This document shows, in pieces, positions 21,450 through 33,248 of a stretch of 60,643 nt of DNA (its first letter is position 1; every line of letters begins with the position of its first letter). Location of the stretch: contig JAZJYB010000067.1 of NCBI GenBank assembly GCA_040390685.1, positions 10,375-71,017 on the forward strand, read 5' to 3'. Under the pieces are notes generated by a model. The model did no database searches. It worked only from the letters and a program-made list of their open reading frames with translations, and had not been told where the DNA came from. Made by a program: the position numbers and the translations under genes. Source of the stretch: Pseudomonadota bacterium. GTDB taxonomy: Bacteria; Pseudomonadota; Gammaproteobacteria; Burkholderiales; Burkholderiaceae_D.

Positions 21450-22006
21450 CTAATTGTTAGGGACTTTTTATCCCTGAGTAAAGGCAATCATCAACGCGGA
21501 TAGCGCTAACTTAGCCGAATAAAAAAACATGTGGATGTGGATCAGACTTAGGGTATTTAATCTTTATCCCAGCAAATACGCTGAAGCAAACATGTCAAGC
21601 AAATCACGATCTTTGTCGTTTAGTTGACATCGCCATTACCCAATAGCTGGTCGGCAGTAAATCAGACTTTGTTCAGCTTGAAAACACACTTGTTGTTTTT
21701 TCACAATGTGAAAAAATTAGAGGAAAAAATCTAAACCAAAGAAAATTTTGCCTGAAAGGCGAAGAGATCAGAAAAATCAAATGCGTCCGCCAATTCTGCA
21801 AAATATATATTTCAATTACGTCACAAAAAGTAAATAGTTTTTTTACGAAAATAAATGAAACTTTTTTAGTTTTTTTAAAGTGGTATTGGCAAAATTCACA
21901 ATTCAGTTTTTACAAAAGTAATAATATTTAATCTTAACAGGATAAATATATCTAAAATATACAATGTTTTACAATTTCCAATTGGAAACTGGTATTACTC
22001 TGAAAA

Positions 22007-24271
22007 TCATCCCAATCGTAGCGGCAAGTGCCGCAAGCGTTTTCCGGTCAAAGAAAAAATGGCGTTTGCGACTGCTGGCGCGATTGGTGGCGTACCAGGT
22101 TCACCTATGCCTTCTGGGGCTTCTGCACTCTTGATAATGATGGTTTCTATCTCTGGCGCCTCACTCATTCTTAAGGCCGGATAGTCATGAAAATTACGCT
22201 GCTCAACCTGGCCGTCTTTAATCGTGATCTCGCCATACAGCGCTGCACTTAAGCCAAAGATAATTGCAGATTCCATTTGCTGCGCAATAATATTCGGGTT
22301 GACTACCATCCCACAGTCAACAGCACAGGTGACTTTATGCACTCGAATTTGATTATCTTGTATCGACACTTCGGCCACCTCAGCCACAATAGTTCCAAAC
22401 GACTGATGCAAGGCCACGCCAAGCGCACGCCCAGGTGCGGCTTGCCCAGCTTTGCTGACTGCAGCGTGCAACACCGCCAAGTGGCGTGGATGATTTCTTA
22501 ATAGTTCTTCACGAAACTTCACTGGATGCTTGCCTGCCGCATGGGCAAGTTCGTCGATAAAGCTTTCTTTAAAAAATGCATTGTGAGAATGCCCTACTGA
22601 TCGCCAAAAGCCCAATGGCACTGGGGTTGGCACGATCACATGGGCAATTTTTTGATGTGCAAATTCATACGGCATATCAAACTCACCCTCGGCCGTGGTC
22701 TTATCTGGGCCGGCGCCCATCAATCCAAATGTACGTTTCAATACTTGATGCGTGATTGAACCGGAGGCAGATTTATTCTCGTATCCGGTCACGTTTCCCT
22801 GTGCATCAAGCGATGCGGCAAAGCGCGCCAAAGCCGCAGGACGATACATATCATGCGTGATGTCTTCTTCGCGACTCCAGATTAATTGTACTGGCGCGCC
22901 TTTAGTCTGCAAGGCGACAGCCACAGCTTGAACCACCATATCGACTTCTAAACGGCGACCGAAGCCACCGCCCAAATAACACATATGCAAGTTCACATCT
23001 GAGGATTTGATATTCGCGACTTTTGCCGCGACGTCGACCGCAATACTCGGCACTTGGGTAGATACCCACAAATTCAACTTACCGCCCACAAACTGGGCGG
23101 TGCAATTAATCGGCTCCATCGTCGCATGTGCCAAAAATGGTGCGCTGTATTCTGCCTTGATGATTTTTGCTGATGTCTGCGCCAATGCAGTTGCCGGGTC
23201 ACCCTTTTTATAATAAGTAAAACCAGATTCTGAATCTAGCTTCTCGCCTAATTCTTTGAAAATGGCGGCGCTGGACAGGTTAGCGTTTTGCCCTGCATCC
23301 CATGTAATCGGCAATGCCTCAAGCGCTTGTTTTGCACTCCAGTACGACTTAGCGACTACAGCAACACCCGCTACAGCGACCTCGCTGCCGGCATTCGAAA
23401 AATCCACCACTTGAACCACATCGCGCATAGATTTGACTGCATCGACATCAATCTTTTTAATTTTTCCGCCGATCACCGGGCTCATCTTTACGGCGGCATA
23501 CAACAAACCTTCTGGTCGTGCGTCAAGACCAAATTTTGCCGATCCGTTGACTTTGACGGCACTATCGGTACGAGCTTGTGCGGTGCCGATGAGTTTAAAA
23601 TCTTTCGGATGTTTCAGGAGGATTTCGCCAGGCTGACTAGCCACAGCTTTTGCCGCAAGTTCACCATAGTGGGCTTTTTTTCCTGATCGATGCGAAACAA
23701 TGCCGTCTTTCACCGCGCACTCTGTGGCAGAAACATTCCACTCTTTTGCTGCCGCATTCACTAACATGGCACGTGCGGTCGCACCCGCCTCGCGCAATGG
23801 CATCCATGCATCTTTAACGCTGGATGAACCGCCCGTCATTTGTATCCCCAGTTCACGGGCAAGCTTGGCAGTCATCCAATGTGCCACTTTTTTTAGAGTG
23901 CCAGTATCGTCAAAATGAAATGGCAATCCATCCGCCAGCGCCGCAATATTCCCGTAGATCTTGTCTATCGGAGCGTGCATGGGTTTCACCATACTCATAG
24001 GCACATCTAACTCTTCCGCGACCAACATTTGCAAAGCTGTGTGTATGCCCTGGCCCATCTCGCTTCTATGCATGGCAACGATAACGGTTCCATCTTGAAC
24101 AATTTTTATCCAGCCATTTAAAGCCACTTCACCCGCTTCGGATAACAGCGCCGCGGCACCATTTAACCTTTGGCGCGGAGGCAACACGCCCCACCCCACT
24201 ACCAAGGCACCGGCAACACCCAAACCACCGAAGATAAAACGGCGGCGCGATTTTTTCTTTGGTTCTGTCAT
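22007..24271 (-). CDS. Molybdopterin-binding subunit, isoquinoline 1-oxidoreductase beta (IorB) type
   Basis: SRRRFI Tat-like leader, SEMGQG, TGGSSS, GGGFGRR, WRSVG, GIGEPG. Confidence 0.9.
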   Translation of the reverse strand: MTEPKKKSRRRFIFGGLGVAGALVVGWGVLPPRQRLNGAAALLSEAGEVALNGWIKIVQDGTVIVAMHRSEMGQGIHTALQMLVAEELDVPMSMVKPMHAPIDKIYGNIAALADGLPFHFDDTGTLKKVAHWMTAKLARELGIQMTGGSSSVKDAWMPLREAGATARAMLVNAAAKEWNVSATECAVKDGIVSHRSGKKAHYGELAAKAVASQPGEILLKHPKDFKLIGTAQARTDSAVKVNGSAKFGLDARPEGLLYAAVKMSPVIGGKIKKIDVDAVKSMRDVVQVVDFSNAGSEVAVAGVAVVAKSYWSAKQALEALPITWDAGQNANLSSAAIFKELGEKLDSESGFTYYKKGDPATALAQTSAKIIKAEYSAPFLAHATMEPINCTAQFVGGKLNLWVSTQVPSIAVDVAAKVANIKSSDVNLHMCYLGGGFGRRLEVDMVVQAVAVALQTKGAPVQLIWSREEDITHDMYRPAALARFAASLDAQGNVTGYENKSASGSITHQVLKRTFGLMGAGPDKTTAEGEFDMPYEFAHQKIAHVIVPTPVPLGFWRSVGHSHNAFFKESFIDELAHAAGKHPVKFREELLRNHPRHLAVLHAAVSKAGQAAPGRALGVALHQSFGTIVAEVAEVSIQDNQIRVHKVTCAVDCGMVVNPNIIAQQMESAIIFGLSAALYGEITIKDGQVEQRNFHDYPALRMSEAPEIETIIIKSAEAPEGIGEPGTPPIAPAVANAIFSLTGKRLRHLPLRLG

Positions 24272-24340
24272 TGTGCTATCTCCAATTGAAGGTCGAATTG
24301 TGTGCTTGCGAAAATATTACACTAGCTAGTCGAAAACCGA

Positions 24341-24529
24341 TTATCGATTTCGACGTGGGTAACCCTCAGCGAGTATGCGGGTCCAGACCAGATCTTTTTG
24401 TTCCTGCGTCATAAACACCCAATCTGCCACTTCGGCAACCGTGCGCCCGCAACCACGACAGACATCGTCAAAGGTGGTTGAACATACCGCGACGCAAGGT
24501 GTATCTGGACGTTCTTTGGTTTCAGTCAT
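24341..24529 (-). CDS. DUF1289-type small Cys-rich protein
   Basis: TPCVAVC...CRGCGRT..EV..W. Confidence 0.8.
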   Translation of the reverse strand: MTETKERPDTPCVAVCSTTFDDVCRGCGRTVAEVADWVFMTQEQKDLVWTRILAEGYPRRNR

Positions 24530-24753
24530 AGCTTAAATGGTGTTGGAAAATCAAAATTCGTATATTGTGCAGCCAGACAAATACTGCCGTATGGTCGCGC
24601 GGCACATTTTGCAATGGGTATTCTATTTGAGATATGCAAGTACCGGGCGAATCGATCATGTTAAATGATTGACAAAGACAGCTTGCCGCCTGAGAATCGG
24701 GCAAAACATTGCGCGATGTTCACCTTTATAAACGATTCATTATTAAAAACAAA

Positions 24754-25356
24754 ATGACCCAAGATTTCTTTCAAGCCTTCGTCCTGTTAATTCTTGTTAC
24801 CGACCCATTTGGCAACATCCCGATCTTTGTCAGTGCACTCTCGCATGTCGCACCAGAACGGCGCTGGCGCGTGGTGGTACGAGAATGCGCGATTGCTTTT
24901 ATCTTGTTGATGTTGTTTATGTTTTTTGGCAAACATTTTCTCGCTGCCATGCAGTTATCTGAAGTCTCTCTGCGCATTGGTGGCGGTGTTATTTTATTCT
25001 TGATCGCCTTGCGCATGGTATTCCCACAAGAAGGCGGCGTTTTTGGCGATGTTGAAGGCGACAATGAGCCGTTTATTGTGCCGCTGGCGATACCTGCGCT
25101 GGCTGGCCCATCCTCGTTGGCCACAGTGCTGTTATTTTCTTCAGATAGCCGCCTCGATGTTGCGGTACATGTCGCCGCGCTCACCGCTGTTGCCGTGGTC
25201 TGGCTGGTCGTACTCTTAAGTGCGGAGCGTATGCAACGCGTACTCGGTGTGCGAGCCATGACGGCGTTTGAACGGCTGATGGGATTAATCCTGACCGCGA
25301 TGGCAGTTGAAATGCTGCTCGCAGGCATTCGGGATTATCTGAAAACCCTGAGCTAA
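24754..25356 (+). CDS. MarC-family membrane protein
   Basis: DPFGNIPIF, VPLAIPALAGP, ERLMGLIL. Confidence 0.9.
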   Translation: MTQDFFQAFVLLILVTDPFGNIPIFVSALSHVAPERRWRVVVRECAIAFILLMLFMFFGKHFLAAMQLSEVSLRIGGGVILFLIALRMVFPQEGGVFGDVEGDNEPFIVPLAIPALAGPSSLATVLLFSSDSRLDVAVHVAALTAVAVVWLVVLLSAERMQRVLGVRAMTAFERLMGLILTAMAVEMLLAGIRDYLKTLS

Positions 25357-25526
25357 ATTAAGCTATTTACTCACCTCAACACTTGCTTGAACGGCCGGAC
25401 TAGGTTTTTGCCCGGCATCAAACAACTTACTGTTAAAAGTGAAATAACCCAACAAAAATAAAATGATCGCGATGGCAAATTGTTTAAAGAATTTCTTATT
25501 CATTTTGAGATGTCCCCCGTTTAATA

Positions 25527-26777
25527 TTAAATAATTTTATTTAATCTCATCTTTGCAATTTCTGCATCGTCGAATCCGAGACCGTGCAAAACTTCATCAT
25601 TGTGCTGCCCGAGTTTCGGGCCTAACCAATGCGTTTGTCCAGGTGTAACAGACATCTTTGGCGTAATCGCCGGCAGCTTGACTGGTGTGCCATCGGCAAA
25701 GCTGTGCTGCTCGAACATCTGGCGCGCTAAAAATTGCGGATCATCCATCATGTTACGAACAGAGTAAATTTTTCCCACTGGCACATCAGCATCGGACAAT
25801 ATTTGCAATGCTGTTTGAATACTCTGCGTTGCGCACCAGGACTGAATCGCGCCATCGATTTCTGCGGTACGTGGTACACGACCATCGTTGCGGACTAACT
25901 GAATATCCGCAGCCAAATCATCACGCCCTATCGCCAGCATCAGGCGATGGAAAATGGCATCACCATTACCAGCGATCACAATATTCTCGCCATCACCTGT
26001 TGTGTAGGTATTCGAAGGTACGATGCCAGGCAATGCGCCGCCTGTGCGTTCACGTACTACTCCAGCTTGGTCAAATTCTGGCACCAATGATTCCATCAGA
26101 TTAAACACGGATTCATACAGAGCCACGTCAACCATCTGCCCCTCACCAGCGACACAATCATCACCTGACTTACCGTTCCAACGGCCACCGGTTACATCAC
26201 GATGGCGTAACGCCATCATTGCACCGATGACGCCGTGCATGGCAGCGACCGAATCGCCAATCGAAATACCGACGCGTACCGGAGGCCGGTCTGCATGGCC
26301 CGAAACATAACGCAAACCGCCCATCGATTCAGCGATCGCGCCAAAGCCAGGCAGATCTTTCATTGGCCCAGTTTGCCCATAACCCGACAAGCGCACCATG
26401 ATCGTGGCGGGATTGATCGCTGATAAATCGTCAAACCCAAGCTGCCATTTCTCCAGCACACCGGGGCGATAATTTTCGACAATGATGTCCGCATCCAAAG
26501 CTAAGCGTTGCGCTATTTCCTGACCTTCCTGCGTCTTCATATTCAGTGTGATGCATTTTTTATTGCGCGCCTGAACGCTCCACCACAAGGAAGTTCCATC
26601 TTTCAGAACACGCCATTGACGCAAAGGGTCGCCGCTATCTGGCGCTTCTATCTTGATGACTTCGGCACCAAATTCTGCCAGCATACGTGAGCAAAATGGG
26701 CCGGCGATCAGGGTGCCGAGTTCTAGCACCTTGATACCAGCGAGGGCAGATTTATTTGCTTTTTTCTGTTCTGTCAT
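25527..26777 (-). CDS. CaiB/BaiF family III CoA-transferase
   Basis: LAGIKVLELG, IAGPF, RNKK, ENYRPG, SGYGQTGP. Confidence 0.92.
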   Translation of the reverse strand: MTEQKKANKSALAGIKVLELGTLIAGPFCSRMLAEFGAEVIKIEAPDSGDPLRQWRVLKDGTSLWWSVQARNKKCITLNMKTQEGQEIAQRLALDADIIVENYRPGVLEKWQLGFDDLSAINPATIMVRLSGYGQTGPMKDLPGFGAIAESMGGLRYVSGHADRPPVRVGISIGDSVAAMHGVIGAMMALRHRDVTGGRWNGKSGDDCVAGEGQMVDVALYESVFNLMESLVPEFDQAGVVRERTGGALPGIVPSNTYTTGDGENIVIAGNGDAIFHRLMLAIGRDDLAADIQLVRNDGRVPRTAEIDGAIQSWCATQSIQTALQILSDADVPVGKIYSVRNMMDDPQFLARQMFEQHSFADGTPVKLPAITPKMSVTPGQTHWLGPKLGQHNDEVLHGLGFDDAEIAKMRLNKII

Positions 26778-26823
26778 TGCGTTTTTTGGGCCACGACTCA
26801 AGAGTCTAAATAAGAATCCAAAT

Positions 26824-27420
26824 TTAAGTAGCGCGCCTATCCAGCATTGCGCGGGCAATAGTGCCGGCATCAACATATTCCAATTCACCACCAACTGGTA
26901 CGCCGCGTGCCAATCTTGTTACACCCAAACCGCGGGCCTTGAGCGTTTCACCGATGTAATGGGCGGTCGCTTCGCCTTCATTATTGAAATTAGTCGCGAG
27001 CACAACTTCTTTGACCACACCATCAGTAGCGCGACTAATGAGTTTATCGAGATGAATGTCTTTTGGCCCGATACCATCCAATGGCGAGAGCCGCCCCATC
27101 AAGACAAAATACAGTCCTTTGTAAGTCATGGTCTGCTCTATCATCAACTGATCGGTCGGTGTCTCAACCACGCACAATAAAGTTGCGTCGCGCTCGGTAT
27201 CAAGACAGGTACTGCATTGTTGATTTTCAGTGAAGGTATTGCATGAGATACAGTTTTTGATACGTTCAACGGCCTGCGTCATGGCACGGCCTATCATCTC
27301 CGCGCCTTCTCTATCATGTTGGAGCAGATGGTAGGCCATGCGTTGGGCGGATTTTGGTCCCACACCCGGCAAGCGACGTAAGGCTTCGCTGAGAAATTCA
27401 AGGCTACTTTGGGATTTCAC
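26824..27420 (-). CDS. recR: Recombination mediator RecR
   Basis: [12 protein letters not shown]4 zinc finger, EGEATA, ELEYVD; GTG start inferred. Confidence 0.95.
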   Translation of the reverse strand: MKSQSSLEFLSEALRRLPGVGPKSAQRMAYHLLQHDREGAEMIGRAMTQAVERIKNCISCNTFTENQQCSTCLDTERDATLLCVVETPTDQLMIEQTMTYKGLYFVLMGRLSPLDGIGPKDIHLDKLISRATDGVVKEVVLATNFNNEGEATAHYIGETLKARGLGVTRLARGVPVGGELEYVDAGTIARAMLDRRAT

Positions 27421-27450
27421 GAATGGGATCTTTTGAACTAGGTGTGGTGT

Positions 27451-27481
27451 AGCGTATTTTTTGCTTTGCAAAAAATACGCT
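27451..27481. other. Perfect 14-bp hairpin between ybaB and recR
   Basis: agcgtattttttgc-ttt-gcaaaaaatacgct. Confidence 0.6.
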
Positions 27482-27509
27482 TCAAATTGAATTACTTTGC
27501 ACGCAAAAA

Positions 27510-27833
27510 TTAAAACGGCAATTTAAAGCCTGGCGGCATAGGCATACCGGCTGTCAACCCGGACATTTTTTCCTGACTAGTTGCTTCCGCTTTACGGACT
27601 GCATCATTAAAGGCAGCAGCAACTAAATCCTCCAGCATATCTTTGTCGTCACCGAACAAGGACGGATCTATCGTGACACGCTTGACGTCATTTTTGCAGG
27701 TCATTACTACTTTAACCAATCCTGCGCCGGATTGACCTTCAACTTCGACCAAAGCCAATTGATCCTGGGCTTTCTTCATATTGTCTTGCATTGCCTGCGC
27801 TTGCTTCATTAAGCCTGCGAGTTGATTTTTCAT
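27510..27833 (-). CDS. ybaB: YbaB/EbfC nucleoid-associated protein
   Basis: [29 protein letters not shown]; between dnaX and recR. Confidence 0.93.
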   Translation of the reverse strand: MKNQLAGLMKQAQAMQDNMKKAQDQLALVEVEGQSGAGLVKVVMTCKNDVKRVTIDPSLFGDDKDMLEDLVAAAFNDAVRKAEATSQEKMSGLTAGMPMPPGFKLPF

Positions 27834-27879
27834 CACACTATTTCTCCTAAATCGAATTTTATATTGGTTTAAACTTGTT

Positions 27880-30048
27880 CTAAATTGGCCGAATGCTGCC
27901 GGTAGCAATAGTTGCGCCGAATTCTCGCATTAAAGTCTGTACGAAGGAGTCGCTACGGATAGACTTTTCTGCATTGACCTGGCGTGCGGCACGCTCTGCC
28001 ACCGCTTGCGCATTCGCTGTTTGTTCTACGGCACCGATCTGCGTCTCAACCCGCACATCGCGCGAGAATCGTTCAGACAAAGCGGCCATTAATTTTTCTA
28101 CACTACCAGATGAAAGCAAAGTTGCCAGCGGAACGCGCAGTTGGAACACCACGGCGTTGCCATTGATTTCGCACTTTATCAATTCACTTTGTTGCGCCAA
28201 CTGCTGTGCGACTGCACGTACAGGCAAGGACGCTGCCAAGTTGGGCCAATGTCCGTCCCAGTCAATTTCTGCCACTGGAATAGCGATGAATGGACGAGGT
28301 GCAATTACTTCTACTTGCTGAAAATCCGCAACACTGCTGACACTGGTATTAGCAAGCGTATTTTCCAAAGCGCCTTCCAGCGTTGCTTGTACTTCACGCG
28401 TTGCCGTTTGCGAGTTTTCTAATTCCGGCTTAGGTGGCTCAATTTTGATCGCCGCTGCTGGCGCACTGGCAAACTGTTCCTCGTCCCAAGGTGGAGGCAT
28501 ATCGTCCATTCCGGCGGGCTCAAACTGAACTTCCTTACGTGCTGGGACGGCAGCTACGACAGCTTGTGTTGCTGGCACAGAGGCTGCTACGGCAGGCTCG
28601 ATAACTGGCGCTGCAACCACAGCCGCAGGTGATGGGTTCCGCGACGCGCTATTTGGACTCATGGCCTTATTACTACCGGCACGGGCTGCAGCCAATGCAG
28701 CCATGGCCGGACTGAGCGCAGGTTTTGCCGGCGCGACCGCAGCGACACTAGCCACAGGAGCTACACTTACATTAATTGGTGGAGCGTTAACTTGAGAAGC
28801 CTGAGGTGCAATCACTGGCGTTGAAATATTGGCCCGATGCATATTGACCGGTGCAGCTGCGTCCGGGGCTGGCGCCCTGACCTGTTCACTCGCAACTCTC
28901 GGGCTTGCAGCACGGTTACCTGCAGTGACACTGGAACCACCTTGGCTTTGCGTATCAGCACCATCCGATGGGCGGAACGCCAACATACGCAACAGTGTCA
29001 TGCTGAATCCCGCGTATTCATCGGGAGCCAAGCCCAATTCATTGCGGCCATGCACGACGATTTGGTAATACAGCTGAATTTCTTCTTTGCCAAATAACTT
29101 GGCCAATCGTATTAGATCAGGCAACTCCGGCAAATCATCTGGCAGAGCGGTCGGCACCATTTGAGTCACTGCAATTTGATGCAATAGTGTTCCCAAATCT
29201 TGTAGCGCGGCTTTATAAGATAAGCTGCGCGCCGCCATTTCATCAGCGACATCGAGCAAGCCCTTGCCGTCTTGCGCGACCAAAGCATCAAGCAGGCGTA
29301 TCAAATACGATTGATCCAGCGAACCCAGCATACTTTGTACCGCATCGAGCGTCACCCGACCCGCAGCATACGCAATTGCCTGATCTGTCAGCGACAAAGC
29401 GTCACGCATGGAACCATGGGCACCTTGCGCTAATAACCTCAAGGCAGGCACATCGAAGTCGATGTTCTCTTGCCCCAAAATATTATCCAGATGGCTGACG
29501 ATATGCCCGGGCGGCATTTGCTTCAGATTAAACTGTAAGCAGCGCGATAAAACGGTGACCGGAATTTTTTGCGGATCTGTTGTAGCCAGAATAAATTTCA
29601 CATGTTCTGGCGGCTCCTCCAAGGTCTTCAGCATCGAGTTGAAGGCATGATTGGTCAGCATGTGAACTTCATCGATCATATACACTTTGAAGCGTGCGTT
29701 CGATGGGGCATACACTGCTTGCTCCAGCAAGGACGCCATTTCATCAACGCCACGGTTAGAAGCGGCATCCATCTCGATATAATCGACAAAGCGTCCCGCA
29801 TCGATCGCAGTACATGCGCCGCAAACGCCGCAAGGTTGTGAAGTGATTCCCTTTTCACAATTAAACGCCTTGGCCAAGATACGCGACAAAGTCGTTTTAC
29901 CAACCCCACGTGTTCCCGTAAATAAATACGCGTGATGAAGTCGCTGCTGATCTAAAGCATGCGATAGCGCACGAACTACGTGCTCTTGACCGACTAGCGT
30001 TTCAAAGCTTTTCGGGCGGTATTTTCGGGCGAGAACTTGATATGACAT
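27880..30048 (-). CDS. dnaX: DNA polymerase III subunit gamma/tau
   Basis: [31 protein letters not shown]; Ala/Pro-rich linker. Confidence 0.97.
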   Translation of the reverse strand: MSYQVLARKYRPKSFETLVGQEHVVRALSHALDQQRLHHAYLFTGTRGVGKTTLSRILAKAFNCEKGITSQPCGVCGACTAIDAGRFVDYIEMDAASNRGVDEMASLLEQAVYAPSNARFKVYMIDEVHMLTNHAFNSMLKTLEEPPEHVKFILATTDPQKIPVTVLSRCLQFNLKQMPPGHIVSHLDNILGQENIDFDVPALRLLAQGAHGSMRDALSLTDQAIAYAAGRVTLDAVQSMLGSLDQSYLIRLLDALVAQDGKGLLDVADEMAARSLSYKAALQDLGTLLHQIAVTQMVPTALPDDLPELPDLIRLAKLFGKEEIQLYYQIVVHGRNELGLAPDEYAGFSMTLLRMLAFRPSDGADTQSQGGSSVTAGNRAASPRVASEQVRAPAPDAAAPVNMHRANISTPVIAPQASQVNAPPINVSVAPVASVAAVAPAKPALSPAMAALAAARAGSNKAMSPNSASRNPSPAAVVAAPVIEPAVAASVPATQAVVAAVPARKEVQFEPAGMDDMPPPWDEEQFASAPAAAIKIEPPKPELENSQTATREVQATLEGALENTLANTSVSSVADFQQVEVIAPRPFIAIPVAEIDWDGHWPNLAASLPVRAVAQQLAQQSELIKCEINGNAVVFQLRVPLATLLSSGSVEKLMAALSERFSRDVRVETQIGAVEQTANAQAVAERAARQVNAEKSIRSDSFVQTLMREFGATIATGSIRPI

Positions 30049-30077
30049 CTTGCAATTTTACCTTATCTTCAGAAGTT

Positions 30078-30866
30078 TCATGAAGCGTCATTTTGGGAGG
30101 CTGACTTACTAACATCATCTTTGATGTGCGGGGCCTGCTTAGCCAATAATTCACGCAACGCAGCAAGCTCTTGGTGCAGCGCGCGAATATCCCTATGTAA
30201 ATCCCGCTCAAATTTGGCCTCTTCTTCGCCAACAAATAAAGCAGCTATGTTTGCAGTTACGATAGAGAATATTGCGTAACCGAGCAGAACAATAAATACC
30301 GCAAATACTTTAGATGCGGCAGTAGAAGGAACAATATCACCATAGCCCACTGTCGCAATCGTGGTAAAAGCCAGCCAGACACCGTCAGCGTAACTTTCAA
30401 CATTCGGCTCCAACCAATAAAAACCCGCTCCCGCAGTAGTCAACATCAGCACGGCCAATGCGATGACTTGCACTAAATGACTGGGGCGTATGTGCAGCAA
30501 TACTATCATCGCGATCCGTAGGAAAATAAGCGCACTCAAAGCTAATCTAAGTATCCACTCAAGTCCGCTCCAATGCACCGCACTTGGGAAAGCACTAGCG
30601 ACACATCCGATCATGATGACGATATCAAGAAACATCTTGCCGCTGCGCCTCCGACCAACTCTGTGCAGCTTCCACTGCCACGCGGTATCGATGATCAATA
30701 GCACAGCTACAAAACCATACAGCGCATGGCCAAATAATCGAGCCTTATCACCATCCCCAGCCAACAACAAATAGAATGCGGGAATAGAAAGTATCAGGCC
30801 TATCAACAAAACCGGCCTCGACAACCAATCAATGAAGTGCCGGGTTACAGCAGAACTTTTAATCAT
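30078..30866 (-). CDS. Potassium channel protein
   Basis: TVGYGD selectivity filter, several TMs, C-terminal coiled coil. Confidence 0.88.
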   Translation of the reverse strand: MIKSSAVTRHFIDWLSRPVLLIGLILSIPAFYLLLAGDGDKARLFGHALYGFVAVLLIIDTAWQWKLHRVGRRRSGKMFLDIVIMIGCVASAFPSAVHWSGLEWILRLALSALIFLRIAMIVLLHIRPSHLVQVIALAVLMLTTAGAGFYWLEPNVESYADGVWLAFTTIATVGYGDIVPSTAASKVFAVFIVLLGYAIFSIVTANIAALFVGEEEAKFERDLHRDIRALHQELAALRELLAKQAPHIKDDVSKSASQNDAS

Positions 30867-31105
30867 TGCAACACCTAGATTGACTCGCTTCTCTTTCACT
30901 TTAATCGCCCTATATTTGTACAATCCCCATGAGATCTTTACAACAATTGGCGCAAATAACATTGAGGCTCATCAAAAATGGCGCGACTTTTCTTCCGCAA
31001 GGAGAAATTCGACTCAGCAACCTAAGAACAAGAAACCTCAACAACAATGAACGACAATGGATGCAGGAGATATAAAAATGACAGAATAGTCAAAAGGAGA
31101 AAAGA

Positions 31106-31201
31106 GGCGAGCCTGATCTGCGGCACTTACGGGAAATGACTGTGGCTGCTTCGTTCCCGACCTGACCAGATTGGCCATGCCGCAATGCGCAGGGGCCCGC
31201 C
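31106..31201 (-). ncRNA. ffs: Signal recognition particle RNA (4.5S)
   Basis: Minus strand hairpin with GGTCAGGTCGGGAACGAAGCAGCC domain IV; ends ggcgggcc/ggctcgcc pair. Confidence 0.92.
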
Positions 31202-31208
31202 AGCGAGA

Positions 31209-31237
31209 ATTATAGCGCATTGCAATCAATTCGTGAA
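31209..31237 (-). promoter_or_regulatory. sigma70 promoter of ffs
   Basis: TTCACG-N17-TATAAT on minus strand, 7 nt upstream of the RNA. Confidence 0.65.
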
Positions 31238-31286
31238 GCATCATGATCATCGCCAGCAACTGGACAGATCCAACTCAACAGCCACA

Positions 31287-32771
31287 TCACAATCCCAATT
31301 CCTGCCAAATCTTATCTACCCTCGACTTAACCTCAGCAGTCATCTGTATCGTGCTGCCCCATTCACGGTTGGTTTCACCTGGCCATTTATTGGTTGCATC
31401 CAAGCCCATCTTGCTACCCAAACCACTCACGGGCGAGGCAAAATCTAAATAATCTATCGGTGTATTGTCGATCAGCGTGGTATCACGCAAAGGATCAACT
31501 CTCGTTGTAATCGCCCAAATGACTTCTTTCCAATCTCGAATATTAACGTCTTCATCGACCACGATAATAAATTTGGTATACATAAACTGTCGCAAAAAAC
31601 TCCAGACACCAAACATCACACGCTTAGCATGGCCGGCATACGATTTTTTGATTTTCACGACCGCCATGCGATAACTACAGCCTTCTGGCGGCAGATAAAA
31701 ATCGATGATCTCGGAAAATTGTTTTTGCAATAAGGGAATAAACACTTCGTTCAGCGCCAGGCCAAGTATCGCAGGCTCATCCGGCGGCTTGCCAGTGTAA
31801 GTCGAGTGGTAAATCGGATCGCGTCGCATCGTAATGCGATCGATCGTAAACACTGGAAAACTATCCTGCTCATTGTAATAGCCAGTATGGTCACCAAACG
31901 GCCCTTCGAGTGCATGCTCGTAACCGCTAGGGTGAGATTCATCAGGATAGATATGCCCTTCCAGAACGATTTCAGCTGACGCTGGCACCCGCAATTCACT
32001 GCCTATCGCTTTCACCAACTCAGTCCGGCTTCCGCGCAACAATCCTGCGAACTGATATTCAGACAAGCTATCAGGCACGGGAGTGACGGCGCCAAGTATC
32101 GTCGCCGGGTCAGCACCGAGCGCAACAGCAATCGGATAAGGCTGACCTTTGGTGGCGATACCGTGCTCACGAAAGTCCAAAGCACCACCGCGATGTGCCA
32201 GCCAGCGCATGATGACTTTATTTCGCCCGAGCACTTGCTGCCTATAGATGCCGAGGTTTTGCCGTTTCTTGTGTGGCCCTTTAGTAATCACCAGGCCCCA
32301 AGTGATCAGTGGCGCAATATCGCCAGGCCAGCAATGCTGAATCGGCAGTCTTGCCAAATCAACGTCATTGCCCTCCCAGACTATCTCCTGACACGGCGCG
32401 CTGCGTAGCTCTTTCGGTGACATATCCCAGACCGCTTTAACCAATGAACCGAGACCAAGAATATCTTTAAATCCTTTGGGCGGCTCCGGCTCCTTAAGCG
32501 AAGAAAGGACATGCCCAATTCTGCGCAATTCACTTATATCATCTGCACCCATCCCCATTGCCACGCGCTTGGTCGTACCAAACAAATTACCCAAGACCGG
32601 CATCGAATGTCCAGTTGGCTGAGTAAATAGTATCGCCGGCCCCTCTGCACGAAGCGTGCGATCACAGATTTCCGTCATCTCCAGATAGGGTGAAATTGGC
32701 GTATCTATTTGTTTTAATTCGTTTTTTTGTTGTAGCTGAGAAATAAAATCCCTCAAATCAGTGTATTTCAT
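31287..32771 (-). CDS. ubiD: 4-hydroxy-3-polyprenylbenzoate decarboxylase
   Basis: [37 protein letters not shown]. Confidence 0.95.
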   Translation of the reverse strand: MKYTDLRDFISQLQQKNELKQIDTPISPYLEMTEICDRTLRAEGPAILFTQPTGHSMPVLGNLFGTTKRVAMGMGADDISELRRIGHVLSSLKEPEPPKGFKDILGLGSLVKAVWDMSPKELRSAPCQEIVWEGNDVDLARLPIQHCWPGDIAPLITWGLVITKGPHKKRQNLGIYRQQVLGRNKVIMRWLAHRGGALDFREHGIATKGQPYPIAVALGADPATILGAVTPVPDSLSEYQFAGLLRGSRTELVKAIGSELRVPASAEIVLEGHIYPDESHPSGYEHALEGPFGDHTGYYNEQDSFPVFTIDRITMRRDPIYHSTYTGKPPDEPAILGLALNEVFIPLLQKQFSEIIDFYLPPEGCSYRMAVVKIKKSYAGHAKRVMFGVWSFLRQFMYTKFIIVVDEDVNIRDWKEVIWAITTRVDPLRDTTLIDNTPIDYLDFASPVSGLGSKMGLDATNKWPGETNREWGSTIQMTAEVKSRVDKIWQELGL

Positions 32772-32903
32772 GTTTTTTTCTTTTTGTTGACTGTGAACAT
32801 AATGATATAGAAAAGTCGGGCAAGTGCTTGATTTTATTGATTATTGCTGCATTGCAGCATGAAATATGAGATACGAAAGTAATGACTACCTAATTCTATA
32901 GTA

Positions 32904-32932
32904 TTGACTCGATATAAAACCGCACCTACAAT
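32904..32932 (+). promoter_or_regulatory. sigma70 promoter upstream of the lytic transglycosylase
   Basis: TTGACT-N17-TACAAT. Confidence 0.65.
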
Positions 32933-33248
32933 CTGCCCAACTTGATGAGTGGTTCATCGTTGTATATTGATATTTAGCAAAGAAAAAAACAGCGATAGAC
33001 CTCATTATTCACTGGGCTCGGGTCCCACTAAACATAAGAAGGATTACTTCAATAGGGCTTCTGCCTTTTCCCGAAAAAAGTTATTTGCCACTGCGCAGCC
33101 TCCATTGCAGTCCGCTCATTGGCAAATAACTCCGGCGTCTTTTGATCGCAGCATTTAAAAAGACGATATTTCTGATTTGCGAACGTGGGTCTATCTGCAT
33201 ACAGTCCGTATTAGATATTGCTCACCTCGCGACGATTCAGGAGGTAAT

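Noticed and set aside
28300-29000. Programmed frameshift site in dnaX
   Set aside because: No A-AAA-AAG or long A-run seen on the coding strand of the linker; the Ala/Pro-rich linker is normal.
31038-31259. 73-aa ORF on the minus strand
   Set aside because: It overlaps the SRP RNA gene and its promoter, so it is spurious.
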